From: an uncultured bacterium
GTDB taxonomy: Bacteria; Arandabacterota; Arandabacteria; Arandabacterales; Arandabacteraceae
Assembly (NCBI GenBank): GCA_964356335.1
Contig: CAYHHI010000013.1
Location: 2,974-66,973 of the forward strand
DNA: 64,000 bases
Reading direction: 5' to 3'
In this document: positions 17,803-27,283 of the stretch, piece by piece
How the letters are laid out: every line of letters starts with the position of its first letter
Position numbering within the stretch: position 1 is the first letter of the stretch
The notes under the pieces: generated by a model
What the model saw: the letters and a program-made list of their open reading frames with translations, nothing else
Told to the model about the DNA's origin: nothing
The model's database searches: none
Program-made: the position numbers and the translations under genes

Positions 17803-18867
17803 ATGACCATGAGAGGCGAACTGGGCACTTTCAGCGCGGCCGAGATCTTGCAGCTGATAGGCTCACAGGAGAAATCGGGCGTGCTCCAGGTGAGGAACAA
17901 AGGCCGGACGGCTGTCATCTTTTTCGATTCGGGCAAGATAATCTCGGCAAGAGACAGAAGACAAAGTGCAAGTGATCCCTTCCTGACCTACCTCCTTGAG
18001 AACGGCGAGATCAGTATCCAGGATTTGCACAAGGTGCTCGAGGCCAAGAAGAATGAGGGCGGGGACGCAATCGAGATAATGCTCAGGGACAAGATCATTG
18101 ATGAGAATAAGCTCGGTGACTGGTTATCGCGGTACACCCTCCAGATAGTCACGAATATAGTGAAGTGGGAGGCCGGGACTTATGAATTCGCTGCCTCATG
18201 CGATGGCATGCCAGACAAGATCATCGGAACACCCCTGAGGCTTGAGCCCATCCTGATGGAAGCTTTGAGGCGCAAGGATGAGACTGAGGAGATAAGGCGG
18301 TTCCTGCCGGGACTTGATGCAAGGCTTGAGATAGCCGAGCCCAATTACGAGACCCTTCCGCTTGAGCAAGAGGATCTGACGGTATTGAGGCTCGTCAATG
18401 GTGACAGAACCCTTGACGAGATCATTGAAGAAAGCGGTGTGGACGAAGTCGAGACTTTGGATATTCTCGAGAAGCTGTTTGCTCTTGGAATAATATCGAT
18501 AGCTGCCACAACCACACAGACCACTAGCACTAAGAAAATCTCTGCAAAGAAAACATTGGTCATGACAGGTGTGATGATCGCGGCCTCAGTCGGTCTGAGA
18601 TTCGGTCTGATCGCGCCCGGGCACACCCGTTATGCGCCCGCAGTCGAAATGAGGATGGCGGTTGCAGATTTTGTGGAAGTCAGAGAGATCAGAAACGTCC
18701 GCCTTGCCCTTGAAGCCTACAAGACCACCGAGGGGACCTACCCGGACAATCTACAAAGACTCGTAACGGCCAGATTGCTCACCGCTGATGAGATAAGGGA
18801 CAGATACAGACGCCCCTACCCATACAGACATCTTGTTTCCAACGACTCGTACTTGCTGTCCCAATAG
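17803..18867 (+). CDS. DUF4388 (PATAN-like) domain protein
   Basis: N-terminus GELGTFSAAEILQLIGSQEKSGVLQV fits the DUF4388 start; a second similar module follows (LTVLRLVNGDRTLDEII). Begins 5 nt after the preceding gene. Confidence 0.55.
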   Translation: MTMRGELGTFSAAEILQLIGSQEKSGVLQVRNKGRTAVIFFDSGKIISARDRRQSASDPFLTYLLENGEISIQDLHKVLEAKKNEGGDAIEIMLRDKIIDENKLGDWLSRYTLQIVTNIVKWEAGTYEFAASCDGMPDKIIGTPLRLEPILMEALRRKDETEEIRRFLPGLDARLEIAEPNYETLPLEQEDLTVLRLVNGDRTLDEIIEESGVDEVETLDILEKLFALGIISIAATTTQTTSTKKISAKKTLVMTGVMIAASVGLRFGLIAPGHTRYAPAVEMRMAVADFVEVREIRNVRLALEAYKTTEGTYPDNLQRLVTARLLTADEIRDRYRRPYPYRHLVSNDSYLLSQ

Positions 18868-18898
18868 TTATTGCACGCATGCTCTCGATCTCAATGCC

Positions 18899-19930
18899 CT
18901 ACTCGATCTTGCTTCCGTCTATATTTGCACCTGTGAGCCTCGGATAGCCCACCCCGAAGCGCCTGGCGTAATAAATCCTTGCGAGGACATAAGTGACAAC
19001 ACCCATGCCCGCGAGAATCGGGGCTGCCGCGCATACGAGGACGAAAAGCACCCGTGCTGTGAGCTGGCTTGCGACCACTGAGTTGGCCGATGTTGGTTCG
19101 ACGGCCACAGCGGCAAAGGCTGGGACCGCACCCATGGCTGCTATCACACAGACAGGCTCATCCAGCATGATTCCGGCCGGAACCGCCGAACACATAAGAA
19201 CCAGCGCTGCGATGCTCACAATCTTCTTCCCAAAGGCAACACAGGCCGTGCAGTCACCCGCTGCCCTGTCGCCTTCTTCATCGGGGATGCACGTATTGAG
19301 GAAGATCGCTCCCATGGCGATCGCATAGGGCGCGGATCGTACGAGGGATTCTCTTCCGAAGTCCGAGAAGCCAAGCCAGCCCATCAAGAATCCAATCCAG
19401 CCAAAGCCTGCCACGTTCGCGAGAAGGTCGGCAACAGGCCTACCTTTAAGCCTCACGGGCGGTGTGGAATAGCAGACACCGAGCGCAAGTCCGCCACACA
19501 CCAGGAGTATCATGAGCCTATCCCTCCCATGAAGGAGGACCGCCACTGCAGCACACAGCAGGCCCAGAAAAACTATGCTTTCGACCCTAGTGACAGCATT
19601 GAGAGGCAATATGAAGTTCTTCTTATTGATGGCGTCGCTCTTGATGTCGAAAATCTGGTTCACCACAAAGGCGACGGATACGACCAGAACGAAGAGCGCG
19701 AGGTTGGGCATCGCCTGGGGCATCAGACTGATCCTGTATGAACCGGACACCGCCCGAAGTGATGAGATGGCGCCCGCGAAAAAGAAGGTCGAAGATGCGC
19801 AGACCAGCGGCGGCCGCGCCAGAAAGAGGAGATCAGCAAGTTTCACGAGCGGTGAAGATCGCCTGGTCACGGACCCGATCACCTCTTGACCAGCGTAGTT
19901 CCATGTGACAGCCGTGCTACGATTCTGCAC
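18899..19930 (-). CDS. UbiA-family prenyltransferase (integral membrane)
   Basis: NQIFDIKSDAINK (N/DxxxDxxxD prenyl-diphosphate binding motif), 8-9 predicted TM helices. Confidence 0.7.
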   Translation of the reverse strand: MQNRSTAVTWNYAGQEVIGSVTRRSSPLVKLADLLFLARPPLVCASSTFFFAGAISSLRAVSGSYRISLMPQAMPNLALFVLVVSVAFVVNQIFDIKSDAINKKNFILPLNAVTRVESIVFLGLLCAAVAVLLHGRDRLMILLVCGGLALGVCYSTPPVRLKGRPVADLLANVAGFGWIGFLMGWLGFSDFGRESLVRSAPYAIAMGAIFLNTCIPDEEGDRAAGDCTACVAFGKKIVSIAALVLMCSAVPAGIMLDEPVCVIAAMGAVPAFAAVAVEPTSANSVVASQLTARVLFVLVCAAAPILAGMGVVTYVLARIYYARRFGVGYPRLTGANIDGSKIE

Positions 19931-20784
19931 TTCAAGGCCTCAAAGCGGTAACCCCGGACCACACCCAGTTTTCTCAGCAGGCTTCGTGAGTCATCGATGC
20001 AATATACTGACATTCTGCCGATTGCCATCTTCGCCCCCATCTCCCCACCTGCCTCTCCATCTAGGGGCACCTCGCCTCCTCGATCCATCATACCCATCCT
20101 CTTCCCTCCTGGAGTGCCTTCTTGCGCCTTGGAGCACGTTCTTGCGGGCGCGCTGAGGAAGCCGCACTTATAACCTGCCGCACGCGCCGCTTCAAGGACC
20201 CTTTGATTGACCTTTCCGAACGGATAGGCTATGGCCCTTACGTCAATCCCTATATGATCCTCGAGCGACAATCGAGACGTTCTCAGTTCTTCCTTGAGAT
20301 CGGGTTCCGCCAGTCGAGTGAGATCACGGTGAGACATAGTGTGCGAGCCCAATTCGAAACCGTGTCTCACGAGCTCTCCGATCTGCGACCACGAAAGATG
20401 TCTGAAGGGCTTGAACGAGAGTCTCACGTCCCAGCTGTTGTCTCTCCCTATGGCGCCGACCACAGGAAATATCGTACCGGCCATTCCTCTCGCCGCCATC
20501 TCCGGAAAGGCATTTGTATAAACTGTCTCGTAGCCATCATCGAACGTAAGCGCAATCTTGCCTTCATGGTTGCCAGGCATCACACCGTCGCTTGCCATGA
20601 CAAGGTCCTTACCCGTGCTCAGTATCACATCCAGATGCTGCGCGAAGCGCCGTCTCGTCACGGATGTGATACCGACCTCAAATTGGTGACCGATCTTGTG
20701 ATAGGTGAGTATCTGCGTCAGGCTTACTATCTGATGCCTAGTCGCTCCCGCTGCCTTACTATCAATCAACCGGCTTCCGGTCAA
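19879..20784 (-). CDS. polysaccharide deacetylase (NodB/CE4 family)
   Basis: LTFDDGYETVY, GSHTMSHRDL and AYPFG motifs typical of CE4 deacetylases. Confidence 0.75.
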   Translation of the reverse strand: MTGSRLIDSKAAGATRHQIVSLTQILTYHKIGHQFEVGITSVTRRRFAQHLDVILSTGKDLVMASDGVMPGNHEGKIALTFDDGYETVYTNAFPEMAARGMAGTIFPVVGAIGRDNSWDVRLSFKPFRHLSWSQIGELVRHGFELGSHTMSHRDLTRLAEPDLKEELRTSRLSLEDHIGIDVRAIAYPFGKVNQRVLEAARAAGYKCGFLSAPARTCSKAQEGTPGGKRMGMMDRGGEVPLDGEAGGEMGAKMAIGRMSVYCIDDSRSLLRKLGVVRGYRFEALKCRIVARLSHGTTLVKR

Positions 20785-20799
20785 ACCTCTCTCCCCGTG

Positions 20800-21255
20800 T
20801 CACATGCCCGTGTGACCGAAGCCTCCTTCCCCTCTGGTGCTATCCTCGAGGCGGTCAACATCCTCGAATACAGGCTGGCAGACTCGAGCGAATACCAGCT
20901 GCGCTATCCTGTCCCCTCGCTTTACGGTGAAAGGCGTCTTGCCAAAGTTGATCAGCACGACTCCGACTTCGCCCCTGTAATCAGAGTCAATCGTGCCCGG
21001 TGTGTTGAGGACAGTGATGCCGCTCCGGAAGGCCAGGCCTGACCGAGGCCTGACCTGAGCTTCATATCCTTCGGGGATCTCCAGGCAGAAACCCGTTGGA
21101 ACCAAGATCACTTCTCCCGGCGCGAGATCGACTTCGCTGTCTACACAGGCCAGAAGGTCAAAGCCAGACGAACCGCTGCTGGCTCTTGCCGGCAGACCGA
21201 GGCCTTCGGTCTTGGGGAGTCTTCTGATCCTGACTTTGATCTTGTTCACATTCAA
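20800..21255 (-). CDS. dut: dUTP diphosphatase
   Basis: [29 protein letters not shown] and RIAQLV motifs. Confidence 0.9.
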   Translation of the reverse strand: MNVNKIKVRIRRLPKTEGLGLPARASSGSSGFDLLACVDSEVDLAPGEVILVPTGFCLEIPEGYEAQVRPRSGLAFRSGITVLNTPGTIDSDYRGEVGVVLINFGKTPFTVKRGDRIAQLVFARVCQPVFEDVDRLEDSTRGEGGFGHTGM

Positions 21256-21279
21256 AGGAAATGGGAAAAGGGAAATGGC

Positions 21280-21588
21280 TTATCTCGTGCCCGGCAAGCG
21301 GAGCCGGTACTCGCACTCATAATCGGACCGGTAAAGATACCTGATGGGACCCATGCACCTAATATCAACGAAATCAGGGCAATACACCACGGGAATGAAG
21401 TGCGATTCCATCGGAACGCAATGCGCCTTGCACATCGTGCAGAGCTTCTGGCATGCGCAGCATCTGCAATGCTCGCAGGGATGCTTCGGGCACACGCCTC
21501 GCAATCGAAAATATGAAACGAGATCGCCCCCTCGCCGCTCCTCTGCCAGCGAAGAAAGCACCACCAATTTCGGCCTTATCACTCCCAT
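21280..21588 (-). CDS. hypothetical cysteine-rich small protein (102 aa); coding status uncertain
   Basis: CPKHPCEHCRCCACQKLCTMCKAHC cluster. It sits in a lower-GC 470-bp gap, and its third-position GC is lower than in neighbouring genes. Confidence 0.25.
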   Translation of the reverse strand: MGVIRPKLVVLSSLAEERRGGDLVSYFRLRGVCPKHPCEHCRCCACQKLCTMCKAHCVPMESHFIPVVYCPDFVDIRCMGPIRYLYRSDYECEYRLRLPGTR

Positions 21589-21725
21589 AGCAATATTGAA
21601 AGTATCTAACCCGAACGCGCTTTGTCAAACTAATTCTGCCTGGACTCTGGCGAACGAGCGCCGGAACTCAGAATGACGACCCCATGGTACTCGGCGGGGC
21701 CGCCCCAGACTGGCACAAGATCAGA

Positions 21726-22991
21726 TCAAAAACAGAGGTCTTCTTTTGAAGGGAAGTCCGTCGTGGATGGACCTACGGTGATAAGTGAGAAAGTGGAAGG
21801 CTCGAGCAAGAGGTGAGCCTCCTCCATAATATCATCTTCACGCACTCGGCTGATCCGTTTCAGAGACTCCTCAATAGGATGATAACCGTCGAGATAGAAT
21901 TCGTGCCTCACGAGCCTGTTCATCCTTGCGGCACTGCTTTCGAGGCCAAGAAGAATGCCACCCTTCAGCTGCCGTTTGACACTGCGGAGCTCACCCGGAG
22001 CAAGCCCGTTCCTCTTGAGCCGTCTGAGCTCCTTCACAACTCGATCGACGGCTTTTCTGGCTCTCTTGGGGTCGACGGCAAGAAAAACAAGGAAAATGCC
22101 TGTGCTTCTGTAGAACTCGCATGAACTGTAAACGGTATAGGCAAGGCCTTCCCGTTCTCTCACCTGCTGGAAGAGCCTCGATGTCATTCCACCGCCGATA
22201 ATCATGGAAAGCAGCATGTTGGCGTATCTTCGGCGGTTCGCATACGGCGGTGCCTCTGTACCCAGACAGATATAACACTGAGAGACCTTCCGCGTTTCGT
22301 TGCGAATCTTGGCTATTCCGCTCGCGAAGGTCTGGGGTGCAGCCGGAGGGCACTTGGTCGCAACCTTGAGCATCCTGCCGACGCTGTCCACCATCTTCCG
22401 GTGATCAAGCCGTCCGCTTGCCGCAACGATTGTGTCGGGCGATACATAATAGGATTTGAAAAACGGAAGAATGCTTTTCCGTGAGAGTCCTCCGACCGTA
22501 TCTATGGTCCCCAGCACCGACTTGCCGACGGGGTTTGAATTCCATACAGACCCCGCCAGGAGCTCATGGGCGACATCCTCAGGCGTATCCTCAAGATTCC
22601 TGATTTCCTCGAATATCACTCTCTTCTCAAGCTCGATATCCTTCTCCCTCATGGCTGGCCGGCACAACATGTCACTTATCACGTCAACTGCTCTTCCCAT
22701 GTGCTCGGACAGGCATCTCGCTACAAAAGCCGTGGCTTCCCTGCCCACAAAAGCATCGATGCTTCCGCCGACTGACTCAAGGGCATTGGCGATGTCAAAT
22801 GCGGACCGCTTCAGAGTTCCCTTGAATAGAATGTGCTCGATGAAGTGGGAAACACCCGCGAGCTCCGGAGGCTCAAGGCTGGCGCCAACACCAAGCCAGA
22901 AACCGAGGGAAACCGAACCCGTGTCCTTGCTGGATTCGGTGACGATCCTTATGCCATTGGGCAGGACATCTTTGCGGTAGGAAAACCTCAT
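21726..22991 (-). CDS. M16-family zinc peptidase (pitrilysin/insulinase-like)
   Basis: HFIEHILFKGT (inverted HxxEH zinc motif), 421 aa; conserved position directly downstream of pnp. Confidence 0.85.
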   Translation of the reverse strand: MRFSYRKDVLPNGIRIVTESSKDTGSVSLGFWLGVGASLEPPELAGVSHFIEHILFKGTLKRSAFDIANALESVGGSIDAFVGREATAFVARCLSEHMGRAVDVISDMLCRPAMREKDIELEKRVIFEEIRNLEDTPEDVAHELLAGSVWNSNPVGKSVLGTIDTVGGLSRKSILPFFKSYYVSPDTIVAASGRLDHRKMVDSVGRMLKVATKCPPAAPQTFASGIAKIRNETRKVSQCYICLGTEAPPYANRRRYANMLLSMIIGGGMTSRLFQQVREREGLAYTVYSSCEFYRSTGIFLVFLAVDPKRARKAVDRVVKELRRLKRNGLAPGELRSVKRQLKGGILLGLESSAARMNRLVRHEFYLDGYHPIEESLKRISRVREDDIMEEAHLLLEPSTFSLITVGPSTTDFPSKEDLCF

Positions 22992-25081
22992 TGAGGGCGT
23001 TCTCGAGCGCCCAGGAGCGCCTTTCTGCTCAACCTGATCTTGCCGTCTCTCTCCAAGCCTATCACTTTGACGAGAACCTCATCGCCTTCCTTGAGAACAT
23101 CGGTCACCTTGTTGACCCGCCCGTGTTCGATCTCGGAGATGTGAAGCAGACCGTCCTTGCCGGGAAGAATCTCGACAAATGCACCGAACTCGACGATGCG
23201 CTTGACCGTGCCGCTGTAAGTCTTCCCGATCTCAGGATCCTCGATTATGGCTTTGATCATGTCGAGCGCCTTCGTGCAGGCAGCGGAGTCAGGGGATGCA
23301 ATCTTCACTTCGCCGGTATCCTCAATGTCAATCACTGTGCCGGTCTCCTCAATGATCTTTCTGATGGTCTTGCCGCCGGGGCCGATTACCTCCCTGATCT
23401 TGTCTCTGTCAATCATGATGGCGATGATCCTTGGCGCATATGCGGAAAGTTCGGGCCTGGGAGCCGCGATCGTGCGCTCCATCAGGCTGAGTATGTCGAG
23501 TCTATTCTGAGTCGACTGGGTGACGATTTCCCTCACCAAGTCAAACCCGATTCCGGACATCTTCAGGTCCATCTGGACAGCGGTGAGACCCTGGCGGGTA
23601 CCCGTGATCTTGAAATCCATGTCGCCGTGGTGATCCTCAAGCCCGAGAATGTCCGTGAGGATACGGTAGTCATTCCCTTCCTTGACAAGGCCCATCGCAA
23701 CTCCGGCGACTGGTGCTTTTATGGGCACGCCCGCATCCATGAGGGACAGCGTTCCACTGCATACAGTTGCCATCGAAGAAGAGCCATTGGACTCGAGTAT
23801 GTCAGAGACTATTCTTATGGTGTACGGGAAAACCTCTGCCAGCGGGATCATGGGCTGAATCGCCCGTTCAGCCAACGCGCCATGCCCGATTTCACGTCTT
23901 GCTGGGGACCTCAAGGGTCTTATCTCACCCACACTGAAGGGCGGGAAGTTGTAGTGCAGCATATAAGCTTTTGTGGTCTCGCCTTCAAGGTCCTCCACGC
24001 GTTGTTCATCCATCGAGGTGCCAAGGGTTGTGACGGCAAGCGCCTGGGTCTGGCCTCGCGTAAAAAGGGCTGACCCATGCGTCCTGGGAAGCACGCCGAT
24101 TTCACAGGTGATCTGTCTAAGGTCATGCATTCCTCGCCCGTCTACGCGCCTGCCCTCCTCAAGGATCATCCTTCTTACAATGGTGCGCTCAATCTTTGCG
24201 AGCGCCTCGGAAATCTCAGTCTCATGCTCGGGGAATCTCTCCCTAAAAGATTCAAGCGCTTCACCCCGAAGTCTATCCAGTTCATCCTGCCTGTTGGTCT
24301 TCTCCGACGTGCGAAGGGCCTCAGCAATCTGACTCTCGAACTGGCCCTTCACCGCATCGAAAATCTCAGCATTTGGCGCCTTGGGGGTAAACTCGATGGG
24401 AGCACAGCCACACTTGGCCATCAGGGCCTGCTGTACTTCGATGGTCTTGGGCAGGACATCCGTGGCGAACTTTATGCTTTCAAGAAACGCATCCTCACTC
24501 ACCTCTTTCATCCCACCTTCAAGCATAACCACCCGGTCGCCCACTCCCACCACAACGACGTCAATGTCCCCTTCCTCCCTATCGCTGAAAGTCGGGTTGA
24601 CCATGTATTGACCGTTCTTCCTTCCGATTCTCACAGCACCCAGGGGGGCACAGAAAGTTGCACCTGCCAGGCCGAGTGCAGCAGACGCACCGATCAGCGC
24701 GAGCACGTCGGAATCGTTCTGTTGATCGGATGAAAGCACACTGGCGATGATCTGGATCTCGTTTGTGAAGCCATCGGGAACAAGAGATCGAATAGGCCTG
24801 TCGATCAATCTGGCACTCAGGATCTCTTTCTCAGTAGGCCTCCCCTCCCGTTTGAAAAAACCACCGGGAATCTTACCGGCGGCATATGATTTTTCCCGGT
24901 ACTCAACAAGAAGGGGGAGAAAACCTGCACCTTCCAGCGGCTCTTTCGCAACCACCGCCGTTACTAAGACAACCGTATCACCGTAGCGGACAAGTACGGC
25001 TCCGTCAGCCTGCTTCGCAACTCTGCCCGTTTCAATTGAGAGGGTCCTTCCACCTATTTCAATCTTTTCCTCATGGATCAT
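22988..25081 (-). CDS. pnp: polyribonucleotide nucleotidyltransferase (PNPase)
   Basis: 697 aa with two RNase PH domains, KH and S1 (GTVKRIVEFGAFVEILPGKDGLLHISE); follows rpsO as in the canonical operon. Confidence 0.95.
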   Translation of the reverse strand: MIHEEKIEIGGRTLSIETGRVAKQADGAVLVRYGDTVVLVTAVVAKEPLEGAGFLPLLVEYREKSYAAGKIPGGFFKREGRPTEKEILSARLIDRPIRSLVPDGFTNEIQIIASVLSSDQQNDSDVLALIGASAALGLAGATFCAPLGAVRIGRKNGQYMVNPTFSDREEGDIDVVVVGVGDRVVMLEGGMKEVSEDAFLESIKFATDVLPKTIEVQQALMAKCGCAPIEFTPKAPNAEIFDAVKGQFESQIAEALRTSEKTNRQDELDRLRGEALESFRERFPEHETEISEALAKIERTIVRRMILEEGRRVDGRGMHDLRQITCEIGVLPRTHGSALFTRGQTQALAVTTLGTSMDEQRVEDLEGETTKAYMLHYNFPPFSVGEIRPLRSPARREIGHGALAERAIQPMIPLAEVFPYTIRIVSDILESNGSSSMATVCSGTLSLMDAGVPIKAPVAGVAMGLVKEGNDYRILTDILGLEDHHGDMDFKITGTRQGLTAVQMDLKMSGIGFDLVREIVTQSTQNRLDILSLMERTIAAPRPELSAYAPRIIAIMIDRDKIREVIGPGGKTIRKIIEETGTVIDIEDTGEVKIASPDSAACTKALDMIKAIIEDPEIGKTYSGTVKRIVEFGAFVEILPGKDGLLHISEIEHGRVNKVTDVLKEGDEVLVKVIGLERDGKIRLSRKALLGARERPQ

Positions 25082-25118
25082 AACAGCTTCCTTAATACTC
25101 CTTTACCTCGCGGACCCG

Positions 25119-25388
25119 CTACTTGCGCAGACCCAACTCCTTCACTATCTGTCGGTACTTATCTGCCTTGCGGGACTTGAGATAATCAAGAAGCCTCCTG
25201 CGCTGGCCGACCAGCTTGAGAAGGCCTCGCCTAGAATGGTAATCCTTCTTATGAACCTGGAAATGCCCGGTAAGCTGGTTGATGCGCTCGGTCAGGAGCG
25301 CGATCTGAACCTCGGGCGAACCGGAGTCATTCTCATGAACCTGGTACTTCCTGATCACTTCCTGCTTCTTGTCCTTGTCTAAACTCAC
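25119..25388 (-). CDS. rpsO: 30S ribosomal protein S15
   Basis: [11 protein letters not shown]...[50 protein letters not shown]. Likely GTG start at 25386-25388, preceded by GGGGGTGA as an RBS; the track ORF extends 8 codons further to 25412. Confidence 0.9.
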   Translation of the reverse strand: MSLDKDKKQEVIRKYQVHENDSGSPEVQIALLTERINQLTGHFQVHKKDYHSRRGLLKLVGQRRRLLDYLKSRKADKYRQIVKELGLRK

Positions 25389-25447
25389 TTCTCTGTCACC
25401 CCCTCTGAACATAATTAATTAGACATTTTTCGCTAACAAATCAAGAG

Positions 25448-26359
25448 CTAATTCTCAAGGAGGCTACGGGCCCGTGTCACATCCGCCGCGATGGCCCGCT
25501 TCAAAGCCTTGTCATCCTTGAATTCCCGCTCGTCTCTTATTCTATCGACAAAGTGGACTTCAATCTCCTGCCCATAAAGCCCGGCCTCGAATCCGATCAA
25601 ATGGACCTCAATGGTGGTCGCTTCACCCCCGTAGGTCGGCTTGGTCCCGATGTAGAGCACGCCGGGGTAGAGAGCCTTTCCCACCATCACTCGCACGGCA
25701 TAAATCCCGAGGCGGGGCAACATTTTTGTCGCATCTCCTATCTCAAGATTGGCAGTAGGATATGTGAGGAGCCTTCCCCTGCCTTCTCCCCGTACAACCC
25801 ACCCGGCCAGGCTGTATGATCTGCCGAGCATCTTCGATGCGGACTTGACATCCCCCCTTGCAAGCGATGTTCTCACCCGCGTTGAGCTCACAGGGTGAGC
25901 ACCGAACTTGACGGGCGGCACGATGTCAACGCCGAAGCCCATATTTTCACCCAGAGCCTCCAGGTACTGCGCGTCGCCCTCGCGGCCTTTTCCGAAACGA
26001 AAATCATAGCCGATCACAAGCCTCGCCATGTTGAATTTCGCCATGAGGACGTTCCTCACAAACCATTCGGCCCGCCGGCGGGCGAAGTTAGAAGTAAATC
26101 TCAATACGACGGTCTCGTCAAGACCCATCTCTTCAATCAGTGCCAGCTTTTCCGCCAGGGTTGTGAGCATCATGGGAGCTTCGTCGGGTGTGAACACCGA
26201 GATGGGGTGAGGCTCAAACGTTATGACCACGCCTCGCACGCGAAGCCCCCGCGCGAGCAACGCCACCTCATCGAGGATCCGCCTGTGCCCCATGTGTATC
26301 CCGTCAAACGCGCCGATCGTCACAACGGACTTCGCGGACCTTCCGGCCAATCCCGCCAA
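25448..26359 (-). CDS. ribF: bifunctional riboflavin kinase / FMN adenylyltransferase
   Basis: GAFDGIHMGH at the N-terminus and a riboflavin kinase C-terminal domain; conserved truB-ribF-rpsO-pnp order. Confidence 0.9.
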   Translation of the reverse strand: MAGLAGRSAKSVVTIGAFDGIHMGHRRILDEVALLARGLRVRGVVITFEPHPISVFTPDEAPMMLTTLAEKLALIEEMGLDETVVLRFTSNFARRRAEWFVRNVLMAKFNMARLVIGYDFRFGKGREGDAQYLEALGENMGFGVDIVPPVKFGAHPVSSTRVRTSLARGDVKSASKMLGRSYSLAGWVVRGEGRGRLLTYPTANLEIGDATKMLPRLGIYAVRVMVGKALYPGVLYIGTKPTYGGEATTIEVHLIGFEAGLYGQEIEVHFVDRIRDEREFKDDKALKRAIAADVTRARSLLEN

Positions 26360-26388
26360 GCTTCTTGTTATTCGCAGATTCGGCCCCC

Positions 26389-27279
26389 TCAGATTATCCG
26401 CTCGGTCTTGAGACCGGCCGCCGGCTCTTCCGACCGCGCCGCAATGCCGATTATGGTGCCCGCCTCGTCGGTCAGCGCCACGTACTTGCCTTTGAAATCG
26501 AAATCCGTCCTCCCGAGATCGGCCGACGATGGCTGCCGACCTGATCTTATGCCTTGGACGCTGCTTCCCTTGAGGCCTATCTTCGGCAGATGCCCAAGGG
26601 CTTTCTCTATCGAGAGCATGATCTCCTCAGGTCTTTTCCGGCTCTCGACGAGATCACTCAAGGGCGTGGCACTATCTATATTGAAGCTGCCGATCCTCAC
26701 TCGCCTGAGGCTCGATACGGTCGCGCCGCAGCCCAGATGCCTTCCCATGTCCCGCGCAAGCGACCTCACGTAAGTCCCAGATGAACATACCACGCGGATG
26801 GCGACACAAGGCATAGATATGTTGAGCACCTCGAACTCTCTTATCTCGACAACCCTGGTCTTGAGCGGAGTCGCAAGGCCCCGCCTGGCCAGCTTATAGA
26901 GGGGCGTACCTTGATGTTTGATCGCCGAAAGGGATGGGGCTATTTGCTGATATCTGCCCCTGAATCTTGACGCCGAATCAAGTATGCGTTCCGAGTCCAC
27001 TCCCGATGTGCTCCCGACACTCAGGACTTTGCCCCACCTGTCAAGCGTGTCCGTTTCAATCCCCAACTCGATCGAGAATAGGTACTCCTTCTCCAGGCTC
27101 ATAAGGAACCTTGAGATCTTGGTGGCCTTGCCCACTAGACCGATCAAGACCCCGGTGGCATTGGGATCGAGGGTCCCTGCATGGCCGACTCTGGCCCCGG
27201 GAAGCAGGCGGCGAAGCTCGACCACCACATCGTGGGAAGTCATCCCGCCTGGTTTGTCGAGTATAAGGATACCGTCCAT
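26389..27279 (-). CDS. truB: tRNA pseudouridine(55) synthase
   Basis: MDGILILDKPGGMTSHDVV, GHAGTLDP and a PUA-like C-terminus. Confidence 0.9.
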   Translation of the reverse strand: MDGILILDKPGGMTSHDVVVELRRLLPGARVGHAGTLDPNATGVLIGLVGKATKISRFLMSLEKEYLFSIELGIETDTLDRWGKVLSVGSTSGVDSERILDSASRFRGRYQQIAPSLSAIKHQGTPLYKLARRGLATPLKTRVVEIREFEVLNISMPCVAIRVVCSSGTYVRSLARDMGRHLGCGATVSSLRRVRIGSFNIDSATPLSDLVESRKRPEEIMLSIEKALGHLPKIGLKGSSVQGIRSGRQPSSADLGRTDFDFKGKYVALTDEAGTIIGIAARSEEPAAGLKTERII

Positions 27280-27283
27280 AGAT

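Noticed and set aside
21684-21700. Forward-strand TGGCAC hexamer upstream region of the M16/dut gap
   Set aside because: No TTGC/GC element at the required N5 spacing (CAGAT instead), and the orientation does not point at a downstream plus-strand gene.
25082-25118. Possible RNase III-type stem-loop between rpsO and pnp, as in E. coli
   Set aside because: Only a 3-4 bp GCGG/CCGC pairing is visible in the 37-nt spacer, too weak to call.
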